This document shows positions 44,684-64,000 of a stretch of 64,000 nucleotides of DNA, in pieces. The translations under genes and the position numbers were made by a program. The notes beneath the pieces are model-generated. The model did no database searches. It was not told the origin of the DNA and saw only the letters and a program-made list of their open reading frames with translations. Positions within the stretch are counted from its first letter, which is position 1. Every line of letters starts with the position of its first letter. The stretch comes from the human T2T-CHM13v2.0 reference genome, Homo sapiens, in assembly GCF_009914755.1 (NCBI RefSeq), contig NC_060947.1. One strand, 5' to 3'.

Positions 44684-46146
44684 TCAGTCCTGCTGAACCA
44701 TTTGGGAGATTGGCTCTGGACCTGGTGACCAGCCTCCCTGGGGACAGTCTGCCTTCCAGTGGTCCCCACTACAGATTGGACAGGGTCAAGGTGGCTTCCT
44801 CATGCTGCCTTGGCAATCCTTTCTAAAATGTCCTGGCATACTATATCTGTAGCAGTTAACAGGTGCACCTCAGGAATCCTGGGGTTTGTGGGCTTTCATG
44901 GTGGCCATTAAACCCTCTGCTTCTTTCCTATGTTTTCTCTCTCTCTCCTGGACCTCCCTATCTCTATTATAAAAGATCAAGGTGGCCACTTTCAGGAGAT
45001 TCACTAAAGTACTATCTGGTCCCAGGGTCTGTTTCTGCAGTTTCCTCCTAATATCAGGGGCTACCTGAGTAATAAATTTATCCTTTAGGATTAGTTGTCC
45101 CTTGACTGAATTGGGAGATAGAGAGGTGTGCTTTACCAAGGCCCCTCTTAGCCTCTCCAGAAAGGCAGTAGGATTCTCATCAAATCCCTGGTCTGTCACG
45201 GGTAGCTTCGTATAACTGAGAGGCTTAGTTCTGGTCCTACGTAAGCCCTCCATCATGGACACCTAAAGTGTCTCCTCTTCCACTCTCCCATCTCAATATT
45301 GGGATCCTATTTAGGGTCATCCAATGGTACTGCTTCCCTTCCAATTGGATAAAGTTTGACTCCTTCCCTGACAATATATGTGATACTAAGCTCATCCCCA
45401 AATCCCTCTGTCAGCTGCAGAATGGCGTGCTTCTCAGTGTTAGGGTTTGATTCAAAAGTAACATAATGTCTTTCCAGGAGAGTTCAGATACTTGGGTTAT
45501 ATTCTGGAAAGCCTCTATACAACTGTCAGGGTCATCTGAAAACTTGCCGTGATCCCCCTTAATCTGCCTTAAGTCCTGTAGAGAGAAGGGCACCTGGACC
45601 TTACTGGGGTCAAATTCACCAGGCATCTGTTGGAGAGGCAGGAGTGAGACTGGGGCTTGTCCAGGGTGAAGATTTCTAGGAGGGGGCAAGTGAGAGAGAG
45701 AAGCTGGATGGGGAGGAAGGGGTGGACCCAGAGGAGCAGCGCTGGAGGGAGCTGGCTGTCCTGCTGGAGGTGTCTCTGGGGTTCATTTCTTTAGTTCCTT
45801 GGGATTGCCACTTGCAGCCTTCCCTGAGATGGCAAACCGGAGGGCTGAACCAATCCTACACTATCAGCAAAGGTCTGGATTACTTGCAAGGAAAAGAAAG
45901 TCTGCATGTATGGCCTCAGACCATCTGTCCTCATGTTTACAGAAAAGGTCCAACTACACGATGGTATTGAAATGAATGGTTCCTTCCTGAGGCCAAGACA
46001 GTCCTTCCTGCAGATCACAATTTGGCTAAACCTTTGTGCTATGAGGCATTTTACCTCCAGAGTATGAGGGTCAAAGCAGTTCCAGTGATTCAGGATACCC
46101 TCCAGAGGAGTACAGACTGGGGTGGTGAAGATAGCTGGTTACCCAT
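44684..46146 (-). pseudogene. ERV gag remnant
   Basis: Starts ATG GGT AAC (MGN, myristoylation-type), then TPLEGILNHWNCFDP in a shifted frame. Capsid-like VPFSLQDLRQIK.D.GKFSDDPD and QGFDENPTAFLERLR...FITQVAPDIRRKLQK follow. Zinc knuckle CPICSGDHWKADC precedes the end QQD-TGA. Multiple frameshifts. Confidence 0.85.
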
Positions 46147-47581
46147 TCCGAAAGACAGGGAAATAGGTGTCTCTCATTTCACTTCCTTCTTTCAGTGAAA
46201 ACTTGAGGTATGAGGGAGAGAGAAAGTGAACCTCCTCCTTTTCTCTTCCATCATTTTATCCCCAAGACTTGGCAACCTTAGATGGATGCCACCCACAGGT
46301 GCCATTGCAGCCTGCACTCATAAAACAAGGAGGGCCTAGAGAATAGGAATTGTCTGCACTCACCTATGCCTTCATCCCCTTTACTGCCGGCAACCTTTGG
46401 GTTCCCAGGGCTTTATCTATGCCGTGGAGCATGGCCTCCTTCCATGAAGCAGAGGCTTAATCAGCAGGAATTTGTCCTACCCATTTATACTGTGCCTGTT
46501 GCCTCACTTGGGATTCTTCAGATCTGGTTTTCCTTTCTAGGGCTTCAACCCAAAGTTTAAAATTGAGTTTAGGGCAAAAAGGTGCATCAGTGGGTGCATG
46601 GATTCATTTAGATTAAGTCCATGATGGGTCCTGTCAAACTTGCAGTTATCAGCCAGCGGGGCCACTCCTCCATTGCTGCCCTATCATAACCAGAGTGCCG
46701 AGGTAGGAAAAGAACCCTATCACATAGAAAAAGAAAGGAAAAAAAAAAAACAGCTGAAGAGAGGGGGAAGAACCCCTTGCTCTATGCAAATGGGTTCCTT
46801 TAATCACTGTATTCTTCCCCCGCTTTGGACTGAGCTGAACTCCTCAGCCAGAGGAGTAAAGGCTCTATGGGCGTGTGATGGGAGGGGACGGTGAGTGGGA
46901 AATGCTGGACAGCTGCCCGTGTGGGGTCCCTGGGCCCCAAGACTGCCCTGGGGCCCTGGCTGCAGCTGTGATTTTCTCCTGCCCTCCATGGCTGTTGGAA
47001 GTGGCACATGCATGCTTTGGACATGCCCAAGTGCCCCAGCCAGGAGGGGAGGGGATGGAGAGGAAACTCACTGCGTGCCATGCATGTCTGCAGCTGTTGG
47101 GGTGGGGGTGGGGATGGCACCTCTAAGAACAAACGGAAATCACATTGTTCTGAATTGCATATCTGATTGCTGGGCCAAATGTTCATTCTACTTAATAACA
47201 TTTCTGCAGTTTGCAGCAAAACTCTTAACATTATAAAAGAAGCAATAGGAGCCATTTCAAACCATAGAAGAAGAAAGGAAAGATACCACAGAAAAATCTG
47301 AGCATCTTGGCGGACCACCTATTACATTGGGGATGGGGTCCAGTTCAGGGGCCTTCTGGCAACAACGAGGAGTGGCATTGGCCAGATGCCTTCAGCTGCC
47401 CCAGGACTTTATTCTGGTCCCACATGATGGCTAGACCCATGTGAAGGGAAGCAGAGCCTTTTACCCAAAAGAGAAATGGCAGGGTTGCATCCTGCCCCCT
47501 GCAAGTGGCATAGATCAGAGGAAAGTCTGAGGACAAGAAAAGACAGATCCACATTTTTGCATTTACTCACCCTTCTGACGT

Positions 47582-47599
47582 ATCCCAGACAAGGCCCTA
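47582..47599 (-). other. primer-binding site complementary to the tRNA-Pro 3' end
   Basis: Minus strand tagggccttgtctgggat versus canonical Pro PBS tgggggctcgtccgggat (14/18 match), 3 nt after the 5' LTR. Confidence 0.8.
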
Positions 47600-47602
47600 A
47601 AA

Positions 47603-48448
47603 TGGAGCAGGAAATTTCCCTGACCCCTTTGCAGGCAGGAACTCGAGTGCAGGGGTGCTAGAACTAGCTGGCTGCTTCAGTGCTGGCAGGGATGGACTCC
47701 ACTTGCTTGGTCCCACTGCCTTCCACCCATCACAGGACGGGGAGTGCAGGTGAGCAGGTGCAGGAACCAGGGCGAGTGCTTTTGGGTGCTGGCAGGAGCA
47801 AAACTTCATGTGGATCTGCAGCAGCATCTGGCGGGGGTGGGGCCATGACCCCTGAAGCCCCAGAAAGAGTGTTACAATCAGTGCTCTTTCAGCTTTGCCA
47901 TCCACATATGGCTTAAGTGTTAACAGCTCAGTGGAGGGTCACGGTGACTGCCTTTTGCACCCACACCCGAGTTCTTGTCCAGTGTCCAGGAGGAATGAGG
48001 TCACATGAACAAATTGGAGATGGTAAACTTGGGGGATTTTATTGCCAATGAAAGTGGCTCTCAGCGGGAAGGGGAGCTGAAAAGGGGACGGAGCAGGAAG
48101 ATAGTCTTCCCCTGTAGTCCAGCCATCCCCGACCAGACTCCTCTCCAAAGCAATGCTGTCAAGCTGTCCTTCTGAAGTCAAGCTGACTCTCTCCAACATT
48201 CAACCATAGTCTCTGATGTCCAGCTGCTTCTCCTCTTCTCTTCTCTCTGCTGGCGGAGCCTAGGTTTTTTATGGGCACAGGGTGGTGGGCAGGGTGGGCC
48301 ATGGGTGGTTTTGGAAAAGGCAGCATTCAAGAGGGAAAACAGGAATGGATGTTCTCACTTTGGGCCACAGTTCCAGGCTTGAGGGTGGGACGCTTGCCGG
48401 GGACCCACTCTCTTCTGCCCAGAATTTCCCTGCCTCCTATCCCTATCA
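47603..48448 (-). mobile_element. 5' LTR of the provirus (846 nt)
   Basis: Minus strand runs TGatagggataggaggcagggaaattctgggcagaagag...tcctgctcCA. TATA-like cataaaaa at about 48265-48272 and AATAAA at about 48038-48043. Confidence 0.92.
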
Positions 48449-48715
48449 GTATGTTTCTTAATTTTCAAGTGGTTAAGGATTTGGGAATTTATCTTTTTGT
48501 TATTTTATTCTTATTTTACAGGATAGTGATCAGAGATGGTAAACTATAAACTTTTTCTTCATGATCAATTTTAAATGCTCCATGAATATAAGGGAAGAAT
48601 GTATTATTCTGTATGATGCAAAGTTTACATGTAACTATTATATTGATGTATTGATGGTTTTTTTCTATAGTCTTATTTTTGTTTAAAACTTGTTTTGTTA
48701 GTTTCACACTAAAAC

Positions 48716-49670
48716 TATAACTGTCCAGTGGGTTCCTCTTGTCTGCTGCCCAGATAGAGCTGACTTATCAAGCAGAAGAATTGGCAATACAGAGAATTTA
48801 ATTGACATGAGGTGGGCCATGCCTCTCAGAATTTGGGGACTAGGGTTTTTCTTTCTTTTTCTTTTTTCTTTTCTTTTTTTGAGACAGGGTCTGGCTCTGT
48901 CACCCAGGCTGGAGTGCAGTGACATGATCTCAACTCACTGCAACCTTGACCTCCCTGCAACCTCAGACTCCCGAGTAGCTGGGACTACAGACACATGCTG
49001 CCATGCCTGGCTAATTTTTAAATATTTTGTAGAGACAGGATTTCACCATGTTGCCAAGGCTGGTCTCGAATTCCTAGGCTCAAGCGATCTGCCCACTTCA
49101 GCCTCCCAAAGTGCTGAGATTACTAGAATGAGTCACTGTGCCTAGCTTAGGGTTTTCCAAAGGTAGTTTGGGGGAAGGGGTGGGAGTGGTTAGTCATTGC
49201 CATTGGGAAGTGGTTCTCTTGCATGCTGAGTCGCTTCTGGGTCGGAGCACATGAGTGATTGGCAGGTACAGGTGGAGCCATTCATGGTCAGATCTACAAA
49301 AAAACCTGAAAAGGTATCTCAAAAGGCCAATCTTAGGTTCTACAATAGTGATGTTATCTGCAGGAGTAACTGGGGAAATTGCATATTTTGTGAACTCTGG
49401 AATAATGGCAGGTAATCATTTATGTCTACATCTTAGCAGAATTCAGGCTTTTCTATGCTTTGAGCCTGGTGGTCTCTCATTAGCTTTACAAAGATGGTCG
49501 AGTTTTGGGGAAGGGTTCTTATCATTTAAACTATAAACTAAGCGTCTCCTAAAATTAGCTTGGCCTAAGCCCAGGAATAATTAAGGGCAGCTTGAAGGCC
49601 AAAGGCTAGATCCAATTTCCATCACTGACATCGTTTTCTCACTGTTATAAGTTTTGCAAAGGCGATTTCA
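48716..49670 (-). mobile_element. LTR8/LTR8A-type solo LTR (ERV1) interrupted by an AluJ
   Basis: Minus strand starts tgaaatcgcctttgcaaaacttataacagtgagaaaa and ends ...gaggaacccactggacagttata, matching LTR8-family termini as I recall them. Flanks aaac/aaat. Confidence 0.8.
48847..49146 (-). mobile_element. AluJ SINE with a small internal deletion
   Basis: TSD TAGGGTTTT on both sides. The right arm lacks the ggctcaagcgatcctcc segment. Confidence 0.9.
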
Positions 49671-50694
49671 AAATTGTATCTTTTTTCTATCTTATCCCTT
49701 TCTATTTTTAAGGATATTTATTTCCTAGAAGTGGAATTGACAGTTTAAAGTAAAGCCACGTTTCAATGTATTGACACATATTGTCAACAGTCTCTATTTG
49801 CCAAGGCAATTTATACTCCCACCAGAAATGTACAAGGGGGCAGATTTTCCTTTACCATGCTGTTAGAGTGCTACTAAATTCAGTCACCTACACTTAGCCT
49901 TTTTGGTCATCTCTCAGAGAAAGATTGTTGGATGCTGGGCAGTAGTAGAGAGCAGGAGCTCCCACTGGGTTAGGGTTAGGTCTGACAAAATTGGTGAAGG
50001 TCATCCAGTGGGCATAGTACCCCTGTTACAAATAAGACTGTTGAACTTTTGAGGTTTGGGTTGCTTCAATACAGAAAGAGGTCACAGAAATCAGAAGCAG
50101 TTTTGATTAAGCAGTTAAATGTCCCCATGTTCGACTTAAGTAGTTCCCTCCACACTTTCTGCCATCCCTGCATCCTCTAGATTTCTCACTCTCTTTGTTC
50201 TGCCCGGTGATGACCTTTTCTTCTCTCTGGTGTGTCCTTCAAAACTTGTTTTCTGAGATACTGAAATTCACAATGACATATGAATGAACAGAAACCACTG
50301 TACAGGGATCTGCCTTTTCATAAAGGACATACGTTCCTGAAAGTAGAATTTTAAGCATGGATGGGGTGTATAGTACCAATGAGGTCTTCTATTTCTTCAC
50401 TAGGAAACAGCACTCATTAATTATTCATTAGAAATATACATGGTATTTGAAAAACCAGTATTAAATTCCTCTTCATAAAATACCTGATTCAAACAAATCA
50501 ACTGTAAAAGTACACTTTTTTATGTAATCAGGACAATTTAAGTATAGAACAAGCATTAGATGAATGATATTAAGGAATTATTTTATTCACTGTGATTATG
50601 CAAAAAGATATACTTTTGTTTCTGAGATACAAACTGAAGCATTAGGGGTGAAATAACATAACGTTTTGGATTTGCTTTAAAATGCCTCAGCAGA

Positions 50695-52081
<1,387 letters not shown>

Positions 52082-53828
52082 AAAATGCCTCAGCAGAAAA
52101 AGGAGGGAATAGATCAAACAAGTATAGAAAAATGTTGGTGGCTTTTGAAGCTGGGGGATGGACACACGGGGCTTCATCATATTCTCTAGTTTTAAATATG
52201 CTCAGTTTCACAATAAAAATGTTTAAAATTGCAATAGTAACATATTTTCACTGCAACCAGTTTTTTAAAAAGCCAAAATGCATAAAGCTATCATTTTTAA
52301 GTTTTCCTTGCCCTCTTTTCACACAATCTATGGCATAGCTTATTTTTATACCAAATCCATTTTTATCAAAGTCCTATATCCCCATTCTCAGGACTAGCCT
52401 AGTTTTCTCCCATGCCCAATTTATCTTCCTTTTCATTACATTGTTTGAAGCTCCTCAGTGAGGAGAATGTGATGATAGGGAAAGATCCAGGTGTAAGAGC
52501 TAAGCCATATTATTGTTTGAACATAGTCTATGGGAAAGTGGCTGCTAAGGAGATGCATTCTTTATTAGAAAATATATTTGGAATCTGGTGCTGAGGATGT
52601 GAGATCTGAACTCAGTAAGAGATCATAGACCTGAATTGCTACAATATATTCAGACCAAAGTAGCTGAATAAGTTAGCTCACTATCCAAATAAGGACGACT
52701 TAGCCTTTTAGGTTCTAGATTAGATTAAGAAGAATGATCTATCCACATTTTACAGAATGGAAGTCATTTCTGAGTAAAAACTTAAGTCTTTAAATTATTT
52801 AGAAACATTTTTATCTACATACATATACACAAGTTATAAGTTCCAAATCTACCGCAAATAACCAAGAAAATATCCTGGAGTTTATCAGTTGTAAATGATA
52901 AACTCTCAAGAGTTGAAATGCCAGCTATCCTATAGATGAGTAAGTAGAGACATAAATCAAAACCTGAATTTCAGCTTTTTGGGAAAGAAGTACTTTTTGG
53001 GAAAGAGGTACCAGACCAGCGTAGCAACTTGGAGTTGGAGAGGAGTAGGCATGGAAATCAATATTTATTTAATTCCTACTATGTTCCAGGTAGTGTGCTA
53101 AGACCTTTGTCTCTGTTATCTCATTTGATTCTCATAACCACTTGTGAGGTAGGTAACATTGTTTCTATTTTACCAGTCAGAAAGATAGCTCAGAGATGTT
53201 AAGTGACTTGTCATGAAGTCACTTGGCTTTCAAGCGTCAAAGCAGGAATGCAGATTCAGGCCAGCCTGGCTTACAATCCAGACTTTTTCCCACTCTACTC
53301 TGCTGCCTGAGTAGAAATGGAAACTTAGCACAGGAAAATCCTCAAAAAAAGGGAAAGGTGGTTTTCCTCAAAAATAAAAATAAAAATAAATTTTAGCTAC
53401 AAAGAGACCAAAAACAAAACAAAACAAAACAAAAACAGGGCAGATTAGAATGGAACATGGCAGAAGTCTTGGCCTTGGAGTTAGGATGCCCAGTTTGGTT
53501 GTAACTCTGTCATTTGCTAGCTTATATGACTTTGATAATTTACTTTACCTCTCTAGATCTCAGTTTCCTCATCCATAAAATGCAGACAGTAGTGTCTACC
53601 CTATCTAATCAGGTTGTTGTGAAGATCAAATATAGAGATCAAATATATCTGAAAGCACTTTCTAGGCCAAGCCATAACAACTACACAGCTGTAATAACTA
53701 TACAACCATAACTAATTATTTCTTTTACTAGCAGTAACAATGTATTAAGATGGCCAGATTTTTGGAATTTCCCAGCAGGTTGAGATCCCTTCCCGTTTTT
53801 GTTTTTGTTTTTTTTCCAGGAGAATCTC

Positions 53829-60304
<6,476 letters not shown>

Positions 60305-61194
60305 CATCCTAATCAGGGCCTCTGACCCCCTTGGGGTTTTCCCCGTAGAAACCCCTTTGTTTATTTCTTGACTCACAAGGTAGTTGAGACCTCTGGAAAT
60401 ATGTTCTCAAGACCTCTTTGTTGCCCAGTCACAGAGTTCAGCGTTGGTTATTATTCTGAGGCTTCCCTTCCCTCTGATGCTTACAAACAGAATTCCTCTG
60501 GTCCTTGTCTTTCAGGCTCTTTCCTGGTACTTCCTATTTCTCTACTCCCTCAGCTTAGAAGCAACATAGGCTCTTCTTCAGCTATTTTCACTCTTCTACT
60601 TGGGCCCTTGCTTCTTCTGTTGGGCTGGAATCAGACTGTTTTCTGTCTGCCTGGAATCAGATTTTTTCCCTTTTGTCATCCAGAGTTCCCTGTCTCAGAA
60701 AGAATGACCTCTTTCTCATAACAATGCCCTTTTCGACCTTAGCTATGAGAGTTCAAATTTCCCTGGCCCTCCCAGTAGAAATTCCTTGCTCTGTATATAT
60801 ACAGGGAGTATCACGATGGTGAATCCATCCCTCAGAAACAAATGTCTTGGGAGGAGTGCTTATGTCAGACTTGAGTACAGAGAGTGGCTAAATGCTCCCC
60901 ACAATCTGATCTGAGACTTAAGAAGGCGGAAACATTCACTGGCTTGCTTTGTTCTCCTCCCTTTCCATAATTCCTTGGTTGTGAAGGCAGTGAAAAGGAT
61001 GGCCTTGGAAAAAGCCCTAGACTAGAAATCAGGAAACCTGGGTTCTGCTGCTGGCTCTGTCACCCACTAGTCACATGAACTTGGGTGGAACAGCCTGTGC
61101 AAACCTCTATTAGACTGCTTGCTCTTCCATGAAGGAATTTCTTGGTTACAGGCTGTTTCCTTGGTTGGACTAGAAGCTTCCTGAAGGTAGCAGC

Positions 61195-61760
61195 CATGGC
61201 CATGCCACAATCATTTTGGAAACTGCAGTTTCTAACTGGTCTCTCTGGCCCATCCTGTTCCCCTCCTATCCATTTTCCACATTGCTGTGGAAATGAACTT
61301 GTAAAATGCAAAACCTGTCATGTCACTCCCTACCACAAACCCTTTAATGGTTCCCCCACTGCCTTTAAAACCCATTATGATCTGGCCCCTACCTACCTCT
61401 CTAGCATGGTCTCCCAGACCTTTTTGCTGTCTTCGTCTTCTCTGCTGTGAATCTCCCCTTCCTCTAGCTAACTCTCATTCATTCCTTAAAAATATCACAT
61501 CCTTAGGAAGCCTTCCTTGACCATCTAAGCTCCCCACTTGACAACTGTTGGTTAAATCCCCATCTTATAAGCACCCAAAGATTATCCTTTTTACGTGATA
61601 AACCTCTTTTGTAGCACTCCTCAAACAGGTAACTGCTCAGTATCTGCTTCCCTGCTCATTATAAGATTCACGAGATGATGGCAGAGGCCTTATCTATCTC
61701 GTGTATTGCTAAGTGCTTACTAAAATGCCTAGCACATAATAACAGTAAAATTTGTTCAAT
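61195..61760 (+). mobile_element. L2 3' fragment
   Basis: ttctaactggtctc...tcatgtcactccc...tgatctggcccctacctacctctc...aagccttccttgacc...cctagcacataa. Confidence 0.7.
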
Positions 61761-62990
61761 GGTAATATGAAATGACCTGTAATGTATCCACATAAATGAG
61801 TGTTGACTGCTTCAAGAATTGGGTGTATCCTCCATGGTAAGAGTGATGTCTGTCTATAATCTTTCATGTTCTTACGGCTTTCTGAAAAACAGTGCTATTA
61901 TTGAAATATCTCCCATAAACATTATAAAACAGTAAAACAGTTAATGTCCTTTTGATCCTATAATGTAGTATTACACAGATCTTCTCACTTCGTGTAAAAA
62001 ACACAGTCTTTGTCAGTGCTTCTTTTTACTGCTAGACTATGAAACTATGAATTTTGCTTATTAGCTGAAATATTACTAGAATGTTTTTATTTTGTTAATA
62101 TCTCAGGTTAACAGTCTGCTATTTGATTCTTTAACCTGTCTTGAAAAGGCATGTATATGTCTCATTATTACTTAAAGAAATCGGGTAGCTGATTTGAGAA
62201 TATACCATTATGTTAACTTTTTAGTTGATTCTATTTTTAACATGAAAATAAACAAGTCAATTTAAAACTTTTAAAAAGGAACGATTAAGTAGATATATTT
62301 TATCTTGTTTTTGGAGGAATGTCAATATTGTGAAGCACTTTTCCAAGTCCTTTTAAGCAGAATATGAGTTGACTTATTAATAGTAATATGCTCACTGGGA
62401 GACAGTAAGTGGAAAGAAAAGTGATAGACTTGAGTCTGTCTGGCTCTGTTTTATAAGCTGCGTACACTGAACCTCATTTTATTCATCTAAAAAATAGGAT
62501 GATAGTATGTACTTTGAAGAGTTATTCTGAAAGTTGAAAATAATATAAAGTACTAGCACATCTAATGATGTCCTTTTGCCATCTGTACTTTATATGCTGT
62601 TCATTCATTCCAAAAATATTTAAGCGCATTTCTGCATTGGGCCAGGCACTGGCAACATAATGGTGGACGTCGCACCTGTCTTCACAGAACTTACACTCCT
62701 TCGATTTTCCATCTGTAGGAGTACTGCTCAGCTCAGCCTTCACCTCCTTTAAGAAGCCATCACCCATGCTCTAAGCCTCATTCCCTGCCTCCCTCATCTG
62801 GTTCAGGTGTTCCTCCTCTGTGTCTTCAGGGTAACCTGTGCATACTTTCATCATAGCACTTCTATATACCGATTTGTCTCCCCACCAGACTAAGCTCTCA
62901 GGCCGAGTATGGTGTCCTATCCTTTTTTTTTTTATACCCAGCACATGGCTTGGTACACGAATAGGTACCGAGAAAGGATATTTGGATAAA

Positions 62991-63009
62991 CATTGCCATC
63001 TGGTGGCCA
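62991..63009 (-). promoter_or_regulatory. CTCF-like binding motif
   Basis: Minus strand TGGCCACCAGATGGCAATG closely matches the CTCF core CCACCAG(G/A)(G/T)GGC. Motif only, with no binding data. Confidence 0.5.
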
Positions 63010-63550
63010 GATGTTGTAAGTACAATCTTTTATGCATCATAAGGGTGAGTAAAGCCCAGGTGAGTAAAGCACCTAGGAAAGGCAACTTTTTATTTATTTT
63101 AACACAGGGAAAGGAAATATTTCAGAATATGTGGTCTCCTAGAATCTCCTAGGTCTCCTAGAGGTGTTGTTATTCCAACGTCTCTCCAAATCTTTCATAA
63201 TTCAGAAAACAATATTTAAATGACACAACAGATAAAACTATTTTGAGTGTGCAAAAATAAAATGAAAGAGAAATTTGTCTCATGTAATAAAGAAATGTAA
63301 CATAGTATACAATACCTTTTTTCATAATACCTTTATTTCAATGCCTACACACATTCATTCATTCAACAAATATTTACTGAGCATTTACTGTGTGACAAGC
63401 ACTATTCTAGGTGTTAGGGATACAGTGAACAAAAAGTGCTTAAACTTAAGGAGCTTACATTCTAATGGGAGGAGACACACAATAAACAAACATATTTTTA
63501 TTAGGGATTATAAGTATTACGGATAAAAATAAACTAGGTTACAGAGTGGG

Positions 63551-63555
<5 letters not shown>

Positions 63556-63600
<45 letters not shown>

Positions 63601-63619
63601 GAGAGAGAGAGAGAGAGAG
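63556..63619. repeat. compound (TG)n(AG)n microsatellite within an antisense L2 fragment (from about 63350)
   Basis: Direct reading. The L2 end cattcattcattcaacaaatatttactgagc is at 63351. Confidence 0.95.
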
Positions 63620-63739
63620 AACGCCAGTTGAGCAAAGGCCTGAAGATATATTAGAACTTCAGAAAACTACAGAAATGTTGGTTGACCAGGCCTGCCTAAA
63701 ACATTATGGGACTTCTAGAGAGTTTTCTTTCTTTTTTCT

Positions 63740-64000
63740 TTTTAAAAATAAGTTTAATCTTACATAAAAGTTGCTAAAATAATACAGAGAGTTCCCACAT
63801 ACATTTAACTAACCTTCTCTAATGTTAACATCTTACATAACCACACAACTATCAGAACTAGGAAACTGTCATTGGTACAATAATTCTATTGAGCAAACTA
63901 TAGACCTCATTTGATTTTTACCAGCTTTTGCATGCACTCAACTTTTTTTGGGGGGGGGGTGGATAGTTCTATTAATCTTATCACATTTATAGATTCTTGT
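63740..64000 (-). mobile_element. old L1M (L1MC/MB-like) 3' UTR, cut by the window end
   Basis: ttacataaaagttgc...acagagagttccca...aatgttaacatcttacataacc...cattggtacaat. Confidence 0.7.

Larger units (their letters stand above)
39929..48448 (-). mobile_element. ERV1 (class I) provirus of the HUERS-P/MER52-LTR27-LTR28 group, about 8.5 kb, env largely deleted
   Basis: Two homologous LTRs, 4-bp TSD GTAT (39925-39928, 48449-48452), PBS, polypurine tract gaggagggaaa before the 3' LTR, and gag-pro-pol remnants in order on the minus strand. Confidence 0.93.

Noticed and set aside
46640-47318. Dense overlapping ORFs on both strands
   Set aside because: GC-rich ERV leader between the PBS and gag. 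Low stop-codon frequency explains the ORFs and there are no motifs.

Overview
Primate (human-like) genomic DNA from inside the MID2 (TRIM1) gene, which lies on the + strand. The window holds the end of intron 1, the 716-nt RING/B-box1/B-box2 coding exon (9406-10121), a 96-nt coiled-coil exon (23341-23436) and over 40 kb of the next intron. The first exon and the later exons lie outside the window. The rest is layered repeat sequence. It includes at least 11 Alus (9 antisense to MID2), many MIR/L2 relics, DNA-transposon MITEs (MER47/Tigger5, MER63, MER117) and an LTR8-type solo LTR. Three larger elements stand out: an 8.5-kb two-LTR ERV1 provirus with a Pro-tRNA PBS, GTAT target duplication and almost no env; a 5'-truncated L1PA; and a full-length but dead L1PA4/5-like element facing it tail-to-tail. 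I see no convincing novel protein-coding system. The best leads are regulatory and are inferences to be tested: an intronic polyadenylation isoform after the RING exon, candidate poison/micro/recursive exons, long inverted-repeat dsRNA structures, an L1 antisense promoter aimed along MID2, and a CTCF-like site. Repeat subfamily names come from recalled consensus sequences, not a database search, and repeat boundaries without TSDs are approximate.
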